Shown here: positions 34,601 to 46,900 of the stretch, one piece after another
Layout of the letters: each line of letters starts with the position of its first letter
Position numbering within the stretch: the first letter of the stretch is position 1
Source of the DNA: Pocillopora damicornis
Lineage: Eukaryota
DNA length: 64,000 nucleotides
Direction: 5' to 3'
Assembly: GCF_003704095.1 (NCBI RefSeq)
Contig: NW_020845295.1
Span: 1 to 64,000, forward strand
Notes under the pieces: generated by a model
Databases searched by the model: none
The model's input: the letters and a program-made list of their open reading frames with translations, nothing else
What the model was told of the DNA's origin: nothing
Program-made: the position numbers and the translations under genes

Positions 34601-37118
34601 TGTAGACTACAGCCTCGAGCTTGTTAGCCCTGCGGGTCGTCTACACATGTGCATACTTCTTGGGCGTTCCCATAGACTCTGAGTGATGCTGCTTTTACAT
34701 TTGGTCGATCACAGAAGGTTTCACCAGTCTGTTAGTTTCCCCATAGCTGCATTCTCAAGGAAAAAGGGAACGACCTCTCGTTTCGAGACTAAACTTCACC
34801 CTCCCCCCTTCCTTCCCACCCGGACTCTCTCTCCCCTTCCCGCCGTTTCCGGTTAGTACTTACATTTGGTAGTCAACTGCAGGCTGAAAACTAACATAGT
34901 CGGTCTCTCTCTTTCGAGCCTGAAACTTCACACAAGTAGCTTCGTGTACATCTTGAATAGCACGCTGCAACTCAGTTTTAGCTTTGGAGTGAAGATCTGT
35001 ACAAACAGATCATATGGGTAAAACCATGTAATTTATTGTGGAATAAAAAGATGAAGGGATAAACTAAATGTAATGACTGGGAAGTTACCTCGAAAAACAC
35101 GTCTTTAAAATATAAAAGGTTTTCCAACTATTCCGATGTATTATTTCTCAACTAAGGTCTTTTCGTGCGCCTTTGAGTGTTTTCTTTAAGGCAGACAAAC
35201 ACCTTGAAATAAGAAAGGGATGATTACTCAATCAACTACTGTATCAATGAAAAAAGCTAGTCACACACCATCTTGAACCACATAGGGAATCTTGACGACT
35301 GTTTTGCCATCTTCATCAGAGGTGGGCCATTTATATAGGGAGGAACGTACAGCTCCCCTCTTTGAAAGTGCTCTGTTGTCTTCAAGCAGCGACTCTTTCG
35401 CATCTATGAAAAAGAAATAAGAAAAAAAAATGGATGTAAACCATTGAGGCGGAGCGGAGCTCGAGCGCGCAAAACAATCAAGCGGAGTCCTATACGTCGG
35501 TGTCTAGACTCGAGTGTTTTGCGCCAAAGTGTTCTGTGCAAAATTCTCAAACATGTATTCAGCACGAAAATCCTTATGATTTAGCATGAAATACTAAAAC
35601 TCAGGCCGTTTATTTGTTGTTCTTCCTTGGTAGCGATTGGCTGATTAAGAAATACATTTGAATCACAATTTAAACTTCTTCTGTCAAACTCTTTAATTCT
35701 TTACAAAATTATCTTTAACCCGTCTATATTGTACAAATAAAATCAGCCTCTATACAAAATCTCACATCTTTTTGTCTCTTTTTGAGATCTCGATGTACCA
35801 GGTGTTGGAATTGTACGACAAAAGAAAAACGTGATCTCTGAAAATAAGCAAATAACATTTACAGCAACAACTATCTTTGTAAATCCTTTGTTTTTTTGAG
35901 ATCGCGGTGAACGACGCCAACCTTAAACTTCTTTAAAATTATTTCTGCCATAATTCCACGATCACAAAAAGCAACGTTTTTTCTGTTTTGCGTTCAGTCA
36001 TTATATCCAACGAAAGAGGAGTCGTGCTTTTTGTGCGGGCGCCCGATAGTGTTCAATGATCAAGCATTGACAAAATCAATCATTTTCTGTTAGTTTTGTT
36101 TGCTTCACTCTCGCCCCACATTGACCCGCTTGACTTTAGAGAGTAAATGGTAAACTCTGTACTCGAGCAAAAAGGCCCATCAAGCCGATTTCTGTAGCAT
36201 GAAGTGACTATGATTGGTGCTACTTCCCTTGGGTAGAAGTCTGGTCTATCCCAAGGCCAACCTCCTACACTTTGTCAGAACTCCCAGAAACAGTTTGCTG
36301 GTATCCATCAAAACTCCTGGGTGGAGGTGGTAGATGTTAGACTCAAGTATGTCAAACATCTCGTCGCAATTAACGTGTCCATAAAGGACACAACTCATTG
36401 ACCTGACAAGGTCTCGACCCTGAACTTCTCGACCTAGAGTCCAACGCAATAGCCATCGGGCGACTGCGTCTCCAACACGAGTCTGGAGGATTGTCACGAA
36501 AACAACCATAACTTAACAAAGAACAACATTCTATACGGAGGGGGGAGGGGTAGGGGGTAGGAGGGGGGCAATCATACTTCTGGACGGAAGCTCTGTTAGT
36601 TAGAACCTGTTAGAGCCTCAAGTTTTGTGCAGAAAAATTTTTTAAATTCAAGTAAACCTCATTCATACCGATTCGAAATCAGCGATTTCAAGTATGCTGA
36701 CAAATTAAGTTTCTAAACAACAGAAAAGGTAATCCTGTTTTACAATAACGAATTTTGACTTTGCACTCCAACCAAACAAATTGTGCACGCAATGGTAAAT
36801 AAACAAAACCTGACTTCCTGCCAACCTACTTCGAGACATCTCCTGGATAAGCCGCAATGAAATTAAATTACTCGATAACAATTTTAAAAGATATCTTTCG
36901 TAAGCTGCCAAATACATTCGTGACGTCTTGAACTAATCCCTGTTCTGAGCTCACGGTATGTTCTTGAACTTTTTTCAACAACTGAATGCATTCTGCCTGC
37001 AACGATAAATAAACAATAAAATTGTCCTCTTACCAAGCATCATCAGGTCATCAACTGGAAAAGCACTAAAGAACTGAAGTGCCGTTGATAACAACAAGAT
37101 TTCTTTCCACAAAAACAT
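29988..37118 (-). CDS. Secreted astacin-family (M12A) zinc metalloprotease with C-terminal PLAT/LH2 domain (paralogue B), 8 exons
   Basis: Minus-strand exons 37118-37034, 35403-35269, 34996-34864, 34535-34360, 33240-33010, 32176-32026, 30852-30741, 30074-29988; phases 1,1,2,1,1,2,0. Signal peptide MFLWKEILLLSTALQFFSA; processing site RALSKR^GAV. Zinc motif HEIVHLLGFYHEHNRKDRD and Met-turn SIMQY. PLAT signature VMVQTGDGYWDGSDAFLYLELIGDKGSSG...FEGNAKDNY...VGTIRKLKI...WTVAKITV. Confidence 0.92.
31531..31690 (+). mobile_element. ~155-bp dispersed repeat headed by a minimal hammerhead ribozyme (Penelope-like pLTR / retrozyme-type); best-preserved copy
   Basis: Homologous to copies at 6831-6982, 23584-23852 and 25543-25776; begins GCTCTGACGAAGGGCTAACGCTCGAAACGTCAGC. 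Confidence 0.8.
31535..31568 (+). ncRNA. Minimal type-I hammerhead ribozyme motif
   Basis: Stem I GCT/AGC; core CTGACGA(A); stem II GGGC-TAAC-GCTC; GAAAC; palindromic minimal stem III (ACGT); GUC cleavage triplet at 31563-31565. Confidence 0.7.
32263..32466 (+). mobile_element. TTAA-type MITE copy with eroded left end
   Basis: GAGTGACCAGCATTT...AAACAAATTCTCCTTGTCAGCACC...CTGATGTTAGGGCGTAGAGGGTTTAA. Confidence 0.7.
32698..32893 (+). mobile_element. Degenerate TTAA-type MITE
   Basis: TTAACCTTAACACTC...CCAAATTTCTC...GATCTTGAGAGTGAAAGGAGTAA; right end matches the 19735 copy. Confidence 0.5.
33557..33966. other. Assembly gap (410 N)
   Basis: N run in astacin B intron 4; the flanking exons join in frame. 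Confidence 1.
33967..34112 (+). mobile_element. TTAA-type MITE, left part lost in assembly gap
   Basis: ACATTAAGGTCACGAGAATAAAGGAAATG...CTGATGTTAGGGTGTAAAGGGCTAA matches the 27776 copy. Confidence 0.8.
36170..36473 (-). mobile_element. tRNA-derived SINE (decayed)
   Basis: Minus strand: GGAGACGCAGTCGCCCGATGG (A-box-like) ... GGGTCGAGACC (B-box-like) ... CTCCACCCAGGAGT...ATGGATACCAGCAAA ... TAGTCACTTCATGCTACAGAAA; related to 16011-16293. Confidence 0.65.
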
Positions 37119-37202
37119 GACAATTTTTCAGAGCAAAAATATATTATTTTGCTTCACTTTAACAAAGGCCAAGAAGACCAACAACTCGTTGGCATCAACC
37201 GC

Positions 37203-37210
37203 TTTTTATA
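37203..37210 (-). promoter_or_regulatory. Candidate TATA box of astacin-PLAT paralogue B
   Basis: TATAAAAA on the minus strand, ~85 nt upstream of the ATG at 37118. Confidence 0.5.
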
Positions 37211-39092
37211 GGCAAAGAGCAGGTGTTCAGTTTACCCTTTGAAAAAACGATAACGACTGTAACAATTGTCATTTATCAATTTCACTCAAGAAACTAAACG
37301 CCGAGACATGGAATTTGAGAACAATTTTGACTCAACGCCCCGAAATAAACTGCTTCAGTTTTCAACAATTTTTAAACAAACCGGAAAAAAATTTAGGGGA
37401 TTAACCAAATTCATCATATGTTTTAAAGCATAAAACGTTTCTAAGATACCACACGGATCTTTATCTCACATCATTAGTACATAAAAGGTGTTAAATCCGA
37501 TGAAAAGACCGTAAATTAAAATTTCTGAGATCTGTCAAAATGTTGTCTCTAGAAAAACGAAAATCACGAATTTATTGCTCTCCTTTTTTTTTCAATGATA
37601 TACTTCAACCTTTAACGAAATAGTCATAACATCAAAGCGACTTCATAATTTTAGTAAATCGTTTATTTGCAAAATTTTCAGTATATAGACAATATCGATG
37701 ATCTATGTTTGCTTTCACACCATGGAAAAACAATCTTAGCAGAATTTAAGTATTTCATTGTTCTCTGCACATTGTTTTTCAACCTGGAACAAGTTCCTAA
37801 GACTCCGTTTTGGCTGATACTACCTCTACATGAACAAAATTCTTTTTTAAATCTCAAAAAAAAAACCTCCAGCCTCAGCCTGTTGAGTAATATGTAGAAA
37901 ATCCCTTCTATAATAGCATTAATTAAAACTTAAAAAAACAAGCAGCCACAAGTTCCGTATTGAGACCGGCAAATACGACTCTGACAGGATTTGCACTCTC
38001 TGCAGCTTCCAGCTAGATTCTAAGAAATATTCTTCGACTAAGAAGTTCTTCTAAAATAAAATTTCACCTTAACGACTACTTAGATTTATTGAGCCCAGCT
38101 ACACAGTCCAATATATAAAATCTTATGAATTACCATACATTTGAAAAACGAAACCAGCTTAACAAAAAATATATAATAATTGTAGTCTTTGTTAATTTCC
38201 GTTTTTCCTTGAAAGCTTTCATTAATAGTAATAGCACTTTTTGCAAAACTGGAATATCATGTTGTTGTCATGCAAATAGTTTTTGTTGTTATTGTGTCTT
38301 TATCTCACTGGAAATCTAACTTTTGTCAACTGCCTTCTCCTTTTTACTGTCAGAATAGATATGTTCTCCTTAATTTGTATTTATTTCCACAATTCTTTTC
38401 CCGTTTTTTTCTCATTTTTTTTCCTTTTTAACAATTGAAACATCCGCTGGGTAGTGTAGAGAACCATGGGAACTTTTGTTTACTCTTTTGGATTTCGGTG
38501 GTGTTTTTCCTTAAAAATAAATAGGAAGTTTGTGTTGAATTGGCAGTCAAAATTGGAATGGTCGCAAATATGCCAGAAAATTTGTGCTATCTAATAGTTT
38601 TACTCTGCAACGAAATAATTATGTATAGTTTACTTATTCATTCGTGCTTATTAACGTTTTGTTTATATTTAAGCTAGATATATATTCGGTTGTCATTAGA
38701 GTAGATCGAAGATTGGGGTAATGAAATGGAAAACGGCTTAATAATTAGCCGTGAGCTAAACAAACGATGATCTCTGATTCAAAACTAGCTTGCAGATTTT
38801 CCATGTACTTGACACCAGCAGGTAGCGAGATAACAGAACAAATCAATGTTTTGTTCTCAACTGGTACCAGTGACGCAAGTTTTTTTTCTTATTTCAGAAC
38901 TAGAAATCAGCCATTGCAGTTGTTTTCAAAATGTCTTCCGATAGTCCAAATCGAACCACGCTTTGAAATCAATTATGACTCGCCCAAGTCAAAATTGAGT
39001 TATTCACAGGAAGGAAAATTTTCGTCGTCAGATGCTTCATTCTAGAACGAAACAAAGGATTTCATTTAGTCAAACGAGATTATTATAGGTAA

Positions 39093-42000
39093 ATGTTTAG
39101 AAGGATTCGCCGTAGATTTTGTCGGCTCTATGCATGTCAATGGCTATTTGGAATGATATACGTTCTCGTGATAGCCCTGGTCGTTCGACACAACAGGCAG
39201 CAGTCGGTGCAGTTTTCAAAGATTTTAATTTCGAAAGACTGGCGAGCGACGGCAAGCAAAGCCCCCAGTGAGCGCACAGACAATGATGGGCGAGTAAAGG
39301 ACTGGGAGAGAGTTAAACGGACCCCTGGAGAAAATGATGTCAGATACCACATCATTGAGAAAATGGAAGATGCACAGTCAGATATCAACGTAATAGAAGG
39401 CGAAATTGCTAACATTGACGCCAATTCAAGAATCAACAGAGGAAATGTTAATGTTCATCTCTGGAGGGGACTGTGCTGTCCCAAAATAAATAGTTTAAGA
39501 CAGTACCCCTTATTTCCAACTCTACCTAAAGAACGTTTGTTTCGTCACACTATCAACTCTGGTCCGTCGGGGACCTGGTACGGGCAAAGAATAATGGGAT
39601 TCGTGTATCCTCCTATCACTGGTAATTACACTTTTCACTTAATTGCACATGTCTTCGCTGAACTATGGCTTGGCAAGGAACAGAACGCGACGGATGTTGA
39701 ATTGATCGCAAAAGTTGCAATAGAAAACAACAAACATTCTTCAGCCAAGTCTGTGAGCCACACGTCCCGGAAAATATATCTCGAGAGAGAAGGGAAGTAT
39801 TTCTTTGATTTGCTTCACGTGATGAATGGAGGAATGATGAGTCGTGATCACGTGAATGTCACTTGGCTGGTTCCCAGCGGTCATGCGTTTACCGAAATTT
39901 CTGCTAAGTTTCTCTCACCCCTATTGCAGGATGATCCTTCTTTTTTTAATCACAGAGAGTTGTCAGAACGTAGTGATATGCTACGAGCATCTCCCAGCGT
40001 TATTGACTCGGAAATCAATGATGCTGACGCTGGGGAAGGCGATGAGGATTACGAAGGAATAGAGATACCTAGAAAACAAAAACTGTCAAAAAAATTTACA
40101 TCGTATTTTGGAGAGGATTTTAACATCGAAAATCATTACGACTTGATGACTTTTGATCAACTTCCGGAGGTATCTCAGGAAATACTATCCATTTTTCCGA
40201 GTTGCCCTTACGAACCAAAATATGTCCAAAAAAGGACTTTCAAACGTTTTGAAGGAATTTGGAAAACACATTTCAGCTCCGTATTCCCAGATGACGGCAC
40301 GAAAGAGTTCATATGCATTGGAAACAGACTGAAAAGAGACTGTCATGGAAACAGTTTAATTACTGCGGATGAAGTACTAGAAATTGTTCGGACTTTTACA
40401 AAGACTATTCAAGAAAAATATCCCAAGTAGGGTCAGAATGTTTAGTTATTTCACTTTTTTCTTAACTCAAAGATATCTTGGCGCAGTTTAAGAGCGCGCA
40501 ATTGTTTACGCTGTAAACATGCAAGAATTTGCGGAATCTTGTCACCAAAATTTTGCAAATATTGCAAATTTGCAGCAAATATTGTACCTGCAAATATTTT
40601 GAGACTTTTAAAGAGCAAAACATTGGGGCCCAGTTGTATAAAGGGCGGATAACGCCATTAAGCGGATAAGTGATAGCAAAACGTATGGGGTTATCCAACG
40701 GATAGAGATTTTTCTAGTGGACAGTGTTATCCGACCTTCGAACAACCGGGGCTTGAAAATTAAGCTTACCTAACCCAACAACTTACTTGAACTAAATTTC
40801 ATAAAGCAGGTCTGTTCATGGCATTTCCTAGATTCAACTGTTACCTCCTGACTCGGTGAACTAACCCGTAAAAATTATTTAGCATAAAACATATATTTTA
40901 AATTTTTGCCTAGTTTAGTTAGTGTGCACTATATGAAATTAAAAATGACTGTCTTTTTCTTTATGCCAGGAAATATGATTTGAAGGCTATCGTTAACGTC
41001 GAAAAGACCCAAGATATCTCGCGTGGAAGTCGATATTTGCTCGAGCTCATTTTCCGAGAAAGGGCTCGGAACAAGATCGTAAAACTATCTGAATATGTGT
41101 ACAAATTCAACAACAGTTCCAGACTTTGTACGCCAGCGGGAATTTCTTGGAATAGGAACGTGACAGTAAATGTAATTCTGACCGTAAAGAACCAAGGAAA
41201 CTGGGCCCAACACTTCATTAACGAGATGTCCCGGATTTCAGAAGAGACGCGTGAAGATCACGTGAACATAATAGTGGTGGATTATGAGAGTAAGGACATC
41301 AATATAGAGGAGTCTTTGAGGCAGTGAGTAGTTGTACGTGATCTTAATAGAAACGAATTACAATGGCAAAATTAGTGTTTAGAAAAACTATTAGGAATCA
41401 GTTTAATTAGACTACGCCGTTGTTTAGAACTATTTTGACAAGTAAAAAGCCTTAAAGGTTGCCACGTGTTGAGGAGCTATTTATGAGGTAAGCAGGCCAT
41501 TTTTTTTTTTTAAATTCTGGATTAGTCAATCTACGAATTAAGAATGCTTTATATTCCTAGGGTTTTATCAAACTTTTTTGTCAAGTTTAAGGAATCTGTT
41601 TCAGCCGCTATTCGCATCTGGCCTGGTTGTTGCCCTTGAAAACCATTCTTGTATTTGCAAGTCCCCAGATACGCTCGTACAAGTCCAGCCTAATGTGAGA
41701 GTGCGGCTTTCCCCTTCCGATCATAATCAAGCTGCTTTGAAATTCACAGATAAATCAGTACAAAGTGTCCTCTCGCCTATTGCATTTAGGTGAATCTCAC
41801 TGCTCTTATTTAACATTGCTATCACTATTTGCATTACCTTATTCAGGAAAATCCTGATTTGCTTTTTCTTTCGACACATTAGTATTACGTTTGCGATTTA
41901 AAAAACTGGTTTCGTTTAAGAACTCGTCATTTGATCGCCATACAAACCTCAATTTTGTTGTACAATCCACTTTTCCTTGTTGTTGAATCATGAATGTGTA

Positions 42001-42880
42001 TGTGTTTTTAAAATTGTTTATGGTTTTTCAAACAGAAGTTCGTTGACAAACTACAAAGTCCTGAAGCGCACTGGCGCGTTCCACAAAACAGAAGCCATTC
42101 AGTCAGCGGTCAGTACCATTACAGATCCACACAGCATTGTGCTGTTGTTTGATCTTCATCTTCTCACACCGAGCACATTCTTTAGCGTTGTCAGAAAGGT
42201 GAGAAAATGGCTCAATGGCCGACACGCAGGGAAGATTTTAAAAGGTTAAAAACAAGACAAGAATCGTAGATATCTTTTTTAAACGTGAACAAACTGCTAC
42301 AGTCCTGTTTAAACAGAGATGCTAGGGAAACTGTCATACATCTACTATCACGGTGACTGATAAAATTTGATTTGGATTTCACTGAATATTTGATCCCATT
42401 TATTGCTCTTCTACAAAAAATTCCGCTTCAGTTACGTCATTTTTACTGGAAGTGAAGCTTTAGTTAAGGCTACAACGAAAACGTCATTATGATGAAATTA
42501 TAAATTATACAAATATTATAGCTTAAATCGCACCCTGCTTAAGAGATTGCCAATGGTGCAACTAAGGGTAAGGGTTCCCAAAGTGCAATTAACCCTTTTT
42601 TGCCTTTAGATTTGAGTATCTTTTAAGGATTGGATTACTGGCATTCAGGAGGGTTGGGCAGCATTTTCCAGTAAGGCGTCGTAGGGGTGTGGGCTTTGGA
42701 TGTCCTATGCTCGTGTCCCATTGGCCTTTGGGAAGGTGTCAGATTTACTCTCATGTCCATTTGGAACTAACACAAAACATATTGCATCATGCACTGTGTC
42801 AATCTTGACTACAACATTCTCTAATGGTAAGAAAGCTCTTGAATTCGCAGTCGAGCATGTGCAAAGTGAACGGTAGTCAA

Positions 42881-42911
<31 letters not shown>

Positions 42912-42956
42912 GCACAATGGAGAATGTGCTTCCGTTTTCAACGCTTTATTAAAGAC

Positions 42957-42988
<32 letters not shown>

Positions 42989-43666
42989 ACGATACGAATT
43001 AAAAGAAATTTAATAAAAGCGCTCTTTTATCACATGCGAAGCACACAGTAGAGGGAAGGATGGCGTTCACCCCAGTCCTCTTCAGGTTAACCTTCTGTGG
43101 AAGACCGCTGACGACGACAACACAATCCAAAGGCTACTGGGAAACATTTGGATTTGGAATATTCAGTAAGAGACACTTTTCAACGTAATTCGATATTATA
43201 TCTAACAATGGGTGTTTTGAAAAATCTACAAAATCCGCCAAAAATTTCACTTTAAACAAATTTAAATCGAGGTAAATGTATCCGTGAAAAATTCAGGCGG
43301 TTGTTTCTGTCCTTGCCATAACCGATTTCGATTAAACTTTTCCTTACAAAATAAAAAAAAAAGGTCACCCATGGGGTTATGAAATAATAACTGCATCATA
43401 ATAAGAACAGTTACGAAGACAAGTATTCGCTTCTCCTCGCTGTGCTAAAAAAAAAAATTATTTGCTCAATCGCAGGTATCTTCAAGTCGGACTGGGACAG
43501 GTTTGGAGGGATGAACGTCCAGGACTTCCGAGACAAATGGGGCGGGGAAGATTGGGAAATGATTGATAGAGTACTGGCTGTGGGGCTAGAAGTCGAGCGA
43601 TTGCGCTTGCCCGGGTTCTATCACTTTTATCACTCGAAAGATGGAATGTGGGACAAAAGCTCGTAA
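39093..43666 (+). CDS. Beta-1,4-N-acetylgalactosaminyltransferase 3/4-like (LacdiNAc synthase; type II membrane, PA14 + GT7 domain), 5 coding exons
   Basis: Exons 39093-40426, 40970-41323, 42036-42198, 43042-43165, 43476-43666, in frame. Basic N-tail plus TM ([15 protein letters not shown]). PA14-like [19 protein letters not shown]...AELWL...[15 protein letters not shown]. Catalytic region [39 protein letters not shown]...[19 protein letters not shown]. Confidence 0.9.
40626..40752. mobile_element. Short MITE with related TIRs (PIF/Harbinger-like)
   Basis: TTG|GGGCCCAGTTGTATAAAGGGCGGATAAC ... GTTATCCGACCTTCGAACAACCGGGGC|TTG. Confidence 0.7.
42880..42988. repeat. Two (TA)n microsatellites
   Basis: Perfect TA runs at ~42881-42907 and ~42960-42988. 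Confidence 0.95.
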
Positions 43667-43692
43667 TTTAAATGAATTATTATATAAACACC

Positions 43693-43985
43693 TATGAAAT
43701 ACCAAGTAAGCTTTTGCGCGAAAACACGACAACTTCATATGTGAAGGTAACATGTTATGTTTACACTAAATAACATGTTACATTCACACGTAAAAAGATC
43801 ACCGTTGCTATGGTTTCATGTGAAAATCTCACCTTTCGAAATGATTAATTATTTCATTGATGTTTATTCAATAAATAGAATATTACATGCCCGTTTGGAG
43901 AAGCAAACTTTCTCTCAAGTCGTGTTGAAAAATATTTCACGAGTTAAGCGAACGAGTTTTAGTGCTATTCATGAAAAAATGCTCA
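43693..43985. repeat. Interspersed repeat immediately after the B4GALNT stop codon
   Basis: Internal reiterated palindromes TAACATGTTA and TTCA..TGTGAA/CACGT; TGAAAAATATTTCACGAG end. Confidence 0.4.
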
Positions 43986-46900
43986 ATACTTATTTAAAAG
44001 GTAATTCGATGGCAATATATTTTATCAAAGCACGGCTTCAATAGAAACAACCTCACCGAGGTATTGGAAATAATCTTTTTATCGCTGTGCTACCGTATTC
44101 TTCTACTGTCGTCTGCCCATTGGATCGTTCTCGATAACATCAATTGGGTTGAACTGCAGGCGAACAAGATATTGTGCCGGGAAGTTTGTGGCTACAGGAG
44201 TGATACGTCAGTTGTTTTGGCTGGAAAGAGCTATGACAACAAACTGACAGCAAGAGATAGCTGTTCATGGGAAAAAATCTCAGATATGAACTTTTAATGA
44301 CCTTGGGGTTTAAAAGTTTCTAAAAAAAATATCTCTTATTTCAGACGAATACGTACGAATTTCACATTTCTCCAAAGAGGAATCGTTTGAGCCGATCATA
44401 AAGTTATGAGAGATCCCTCGAATTTACAGTTTGAAATAAGCAAATTTAAAGTTTCCGACATCCAATTAATTTACTGTGATAATTAAGAAGCAATACTTCT
44501 GAAAAATATGACTCTTCCGTCTGCTATTTCATGAAAGTCACAATGATCTCTGACGAATCTTCGATTAATTAGTTAAGATATAATGCATACAGCTTAAGAA
44601 ATAATTCGTTGCACAAACTGTCTACTCCACGGTGAATCTTAGGTCTTTTGCCCCCTGCCGGTCAAATCAATTAGTATGTACGATCTGGAGTCCAAATTTG
44701 AAACGAAGATAGCTGGTTGGTGTTAAAATAAAATACGTATTCTTTTGGTTTTCAATTTCTCACGCCTTCATTTCATTCTTCTTTGTTTTCAGTGATTATC
44801 ATAATTTTCATTTGTGATGTTCAAAAGCAGAGAGTCACAGATGATATTCGCGACGGAGGAAACCACGCAGCGCTTTATGCAAGAAAAAAAATATAAACTT
44901 ATAGTCACAATAAATATGCTAATCAGGGCTTTTAAGAGTTGCAATACAATCGTACTCTCAAGCGAATTACTAAATATTGAGTGACGGCTTTTTTTCCGAG
45001 GTTTGGCACGAGACTTCTACAATTTTTCGCAACGCTTTCGAAGAGTCGATGATCATCTTTTCCAAACGACGTCTGACAAGCACTTTTTGGTAAGTAGCCA
45101 GTAAAAATATACTTTCAGTTTCTCGATAAATGTGTAAGCAAACTTGAGAAACACCATCAGTAAACTCTACCCAATATCAACTTCCTGCGAATCTTCTTGA
45201 CACGTTTGTTTGCGGTTTTTTGCATCGATCCTTCCTTGCAAGCAATTTAAGTATAATTTCGTTGCCATCGCAAATTATATCTGCTATGTTCAATCTATGA
45301 ACATATTTCGCGAATATAAGTCAATGTTGTCGTCTCTTCGAGATTATTTAGGTTGCAATGAACGAAATTATCGAAAACGTGAATCGTACGGCAGACCTTT
45401 GCTCACTGAACGTTTTCGTATATTACAGCTCTACCATCTTTACTAAATCAACTCATGGTTTGGTTCTAGAATCAGTCTCATGGCTCGAGCTACGCTATAA
45501 CTGTAAGCAACCGAAGCACGAGAAATCGCATTAGATCCTTCGAAAATTATTTCAAGAAAACAAGGAAGTAAATTCGTATAAATAAACTGAGTACTACGGA
45601 AAAATATGTGTTTAACTAGACAGAGATGTTCCTGACATGGTTTTAACTAGACTCAAAAGGAAACGGAATTTAATAGAAGAGCATTTTTAAAACAGAATAA
45701 AAATAACCCTTTTTGAGCCTAACTGGTGTGACCTATAGTTCTCCGAGTTGCCTTGTAAAATTTAAATATCGTAGGTGTTAAATGAGATGTGATTTAGTCT
45801 ATATTTGGCATAAAACCAACGAATAGAGTGCAAACACTTGAAGATAATTGCTCTTATTTGGCATGGCATGATAATATCTACCATACAAATCCGACCAAAA
45901 TCCGCAAGGCAGGGAAAGTGATTTGAAATGTTTTATCCATATTGTAAAAAAAATTGAGTCAAAGACAAAGATCTCTCTCGTGTCTTTGTCAAAGAAAGCT
46001 GCGCTTTTCTTTTTCCTTCCTTTTACACTTGCACCAGATTGAAGTGAAATTCAAGTCGATGCCATTAGCCTTTTAATGGAAACAAGAGTCGAGAAATATA
46101 AATACATCTTTTGAAATAAAGGAGCAGACGAGTCGACGCCGCCATATTGACACCTTTCTGCAGCAGTTCGTTCAATTATCACCACAATGTTCCTCCTTCT
46201 TTGTTTTAACATGAGAAATAGTTTCACTTTTGAGCACCTAAGGGTCATAGAAGAAGTCTGAGTGATAAATCTTTTATTAAATGAACAACTGTCCCTTTTT
46301 TTTTTTTTTTTTGTCTTTGAGGGATTTTAAATACATTTGTCTCAACCATTACTCTGCAGCTTTCGTATGAAATCGATTTGTTCGGAAGGCAAAGTTAGGC
46401 CTTGAGTTTGCCAACGTAAAGGTGTTTCCATCTGTTTGATAACTACACCTTGCGTGACCAGTAATAAGCCTTTTATTCTAGAAAAGCTTGCTCAGTCGCA
46501 TTCTTAGCGTGATACTTACCCTTCTAAACTTATAATCTCTACTTAAATTATATTCTACCATACCAAAAATTCCGTGAGCTGTCCACGGAATTTTTGAAAG
46601 TGAGAAATGTTATTGGGAATGATTGTCAGGTGTTCTCAGTTATCGGATGTTTGTAACTTGAATGTTAATTTTTAGTTAAAGTAGCGGTTTGTTTGACGTC
46701 AGTGAAATTTGGCTAAGCATTTTACGTGGGCTAAATTTCATGAAATTCGACCAAGAAGATTCAGTTCAAATCGCATAAAGGCCTTGTTTAGCATATTGAA
46801 TTTCATTACTGATGGAAACGTTAACATGGGAAAACGAGCAAGCTTCAGGTTTGTTGTCCGTTTGTAACCATAGTGAAATAGATTTTGTGTCTAACGATGT

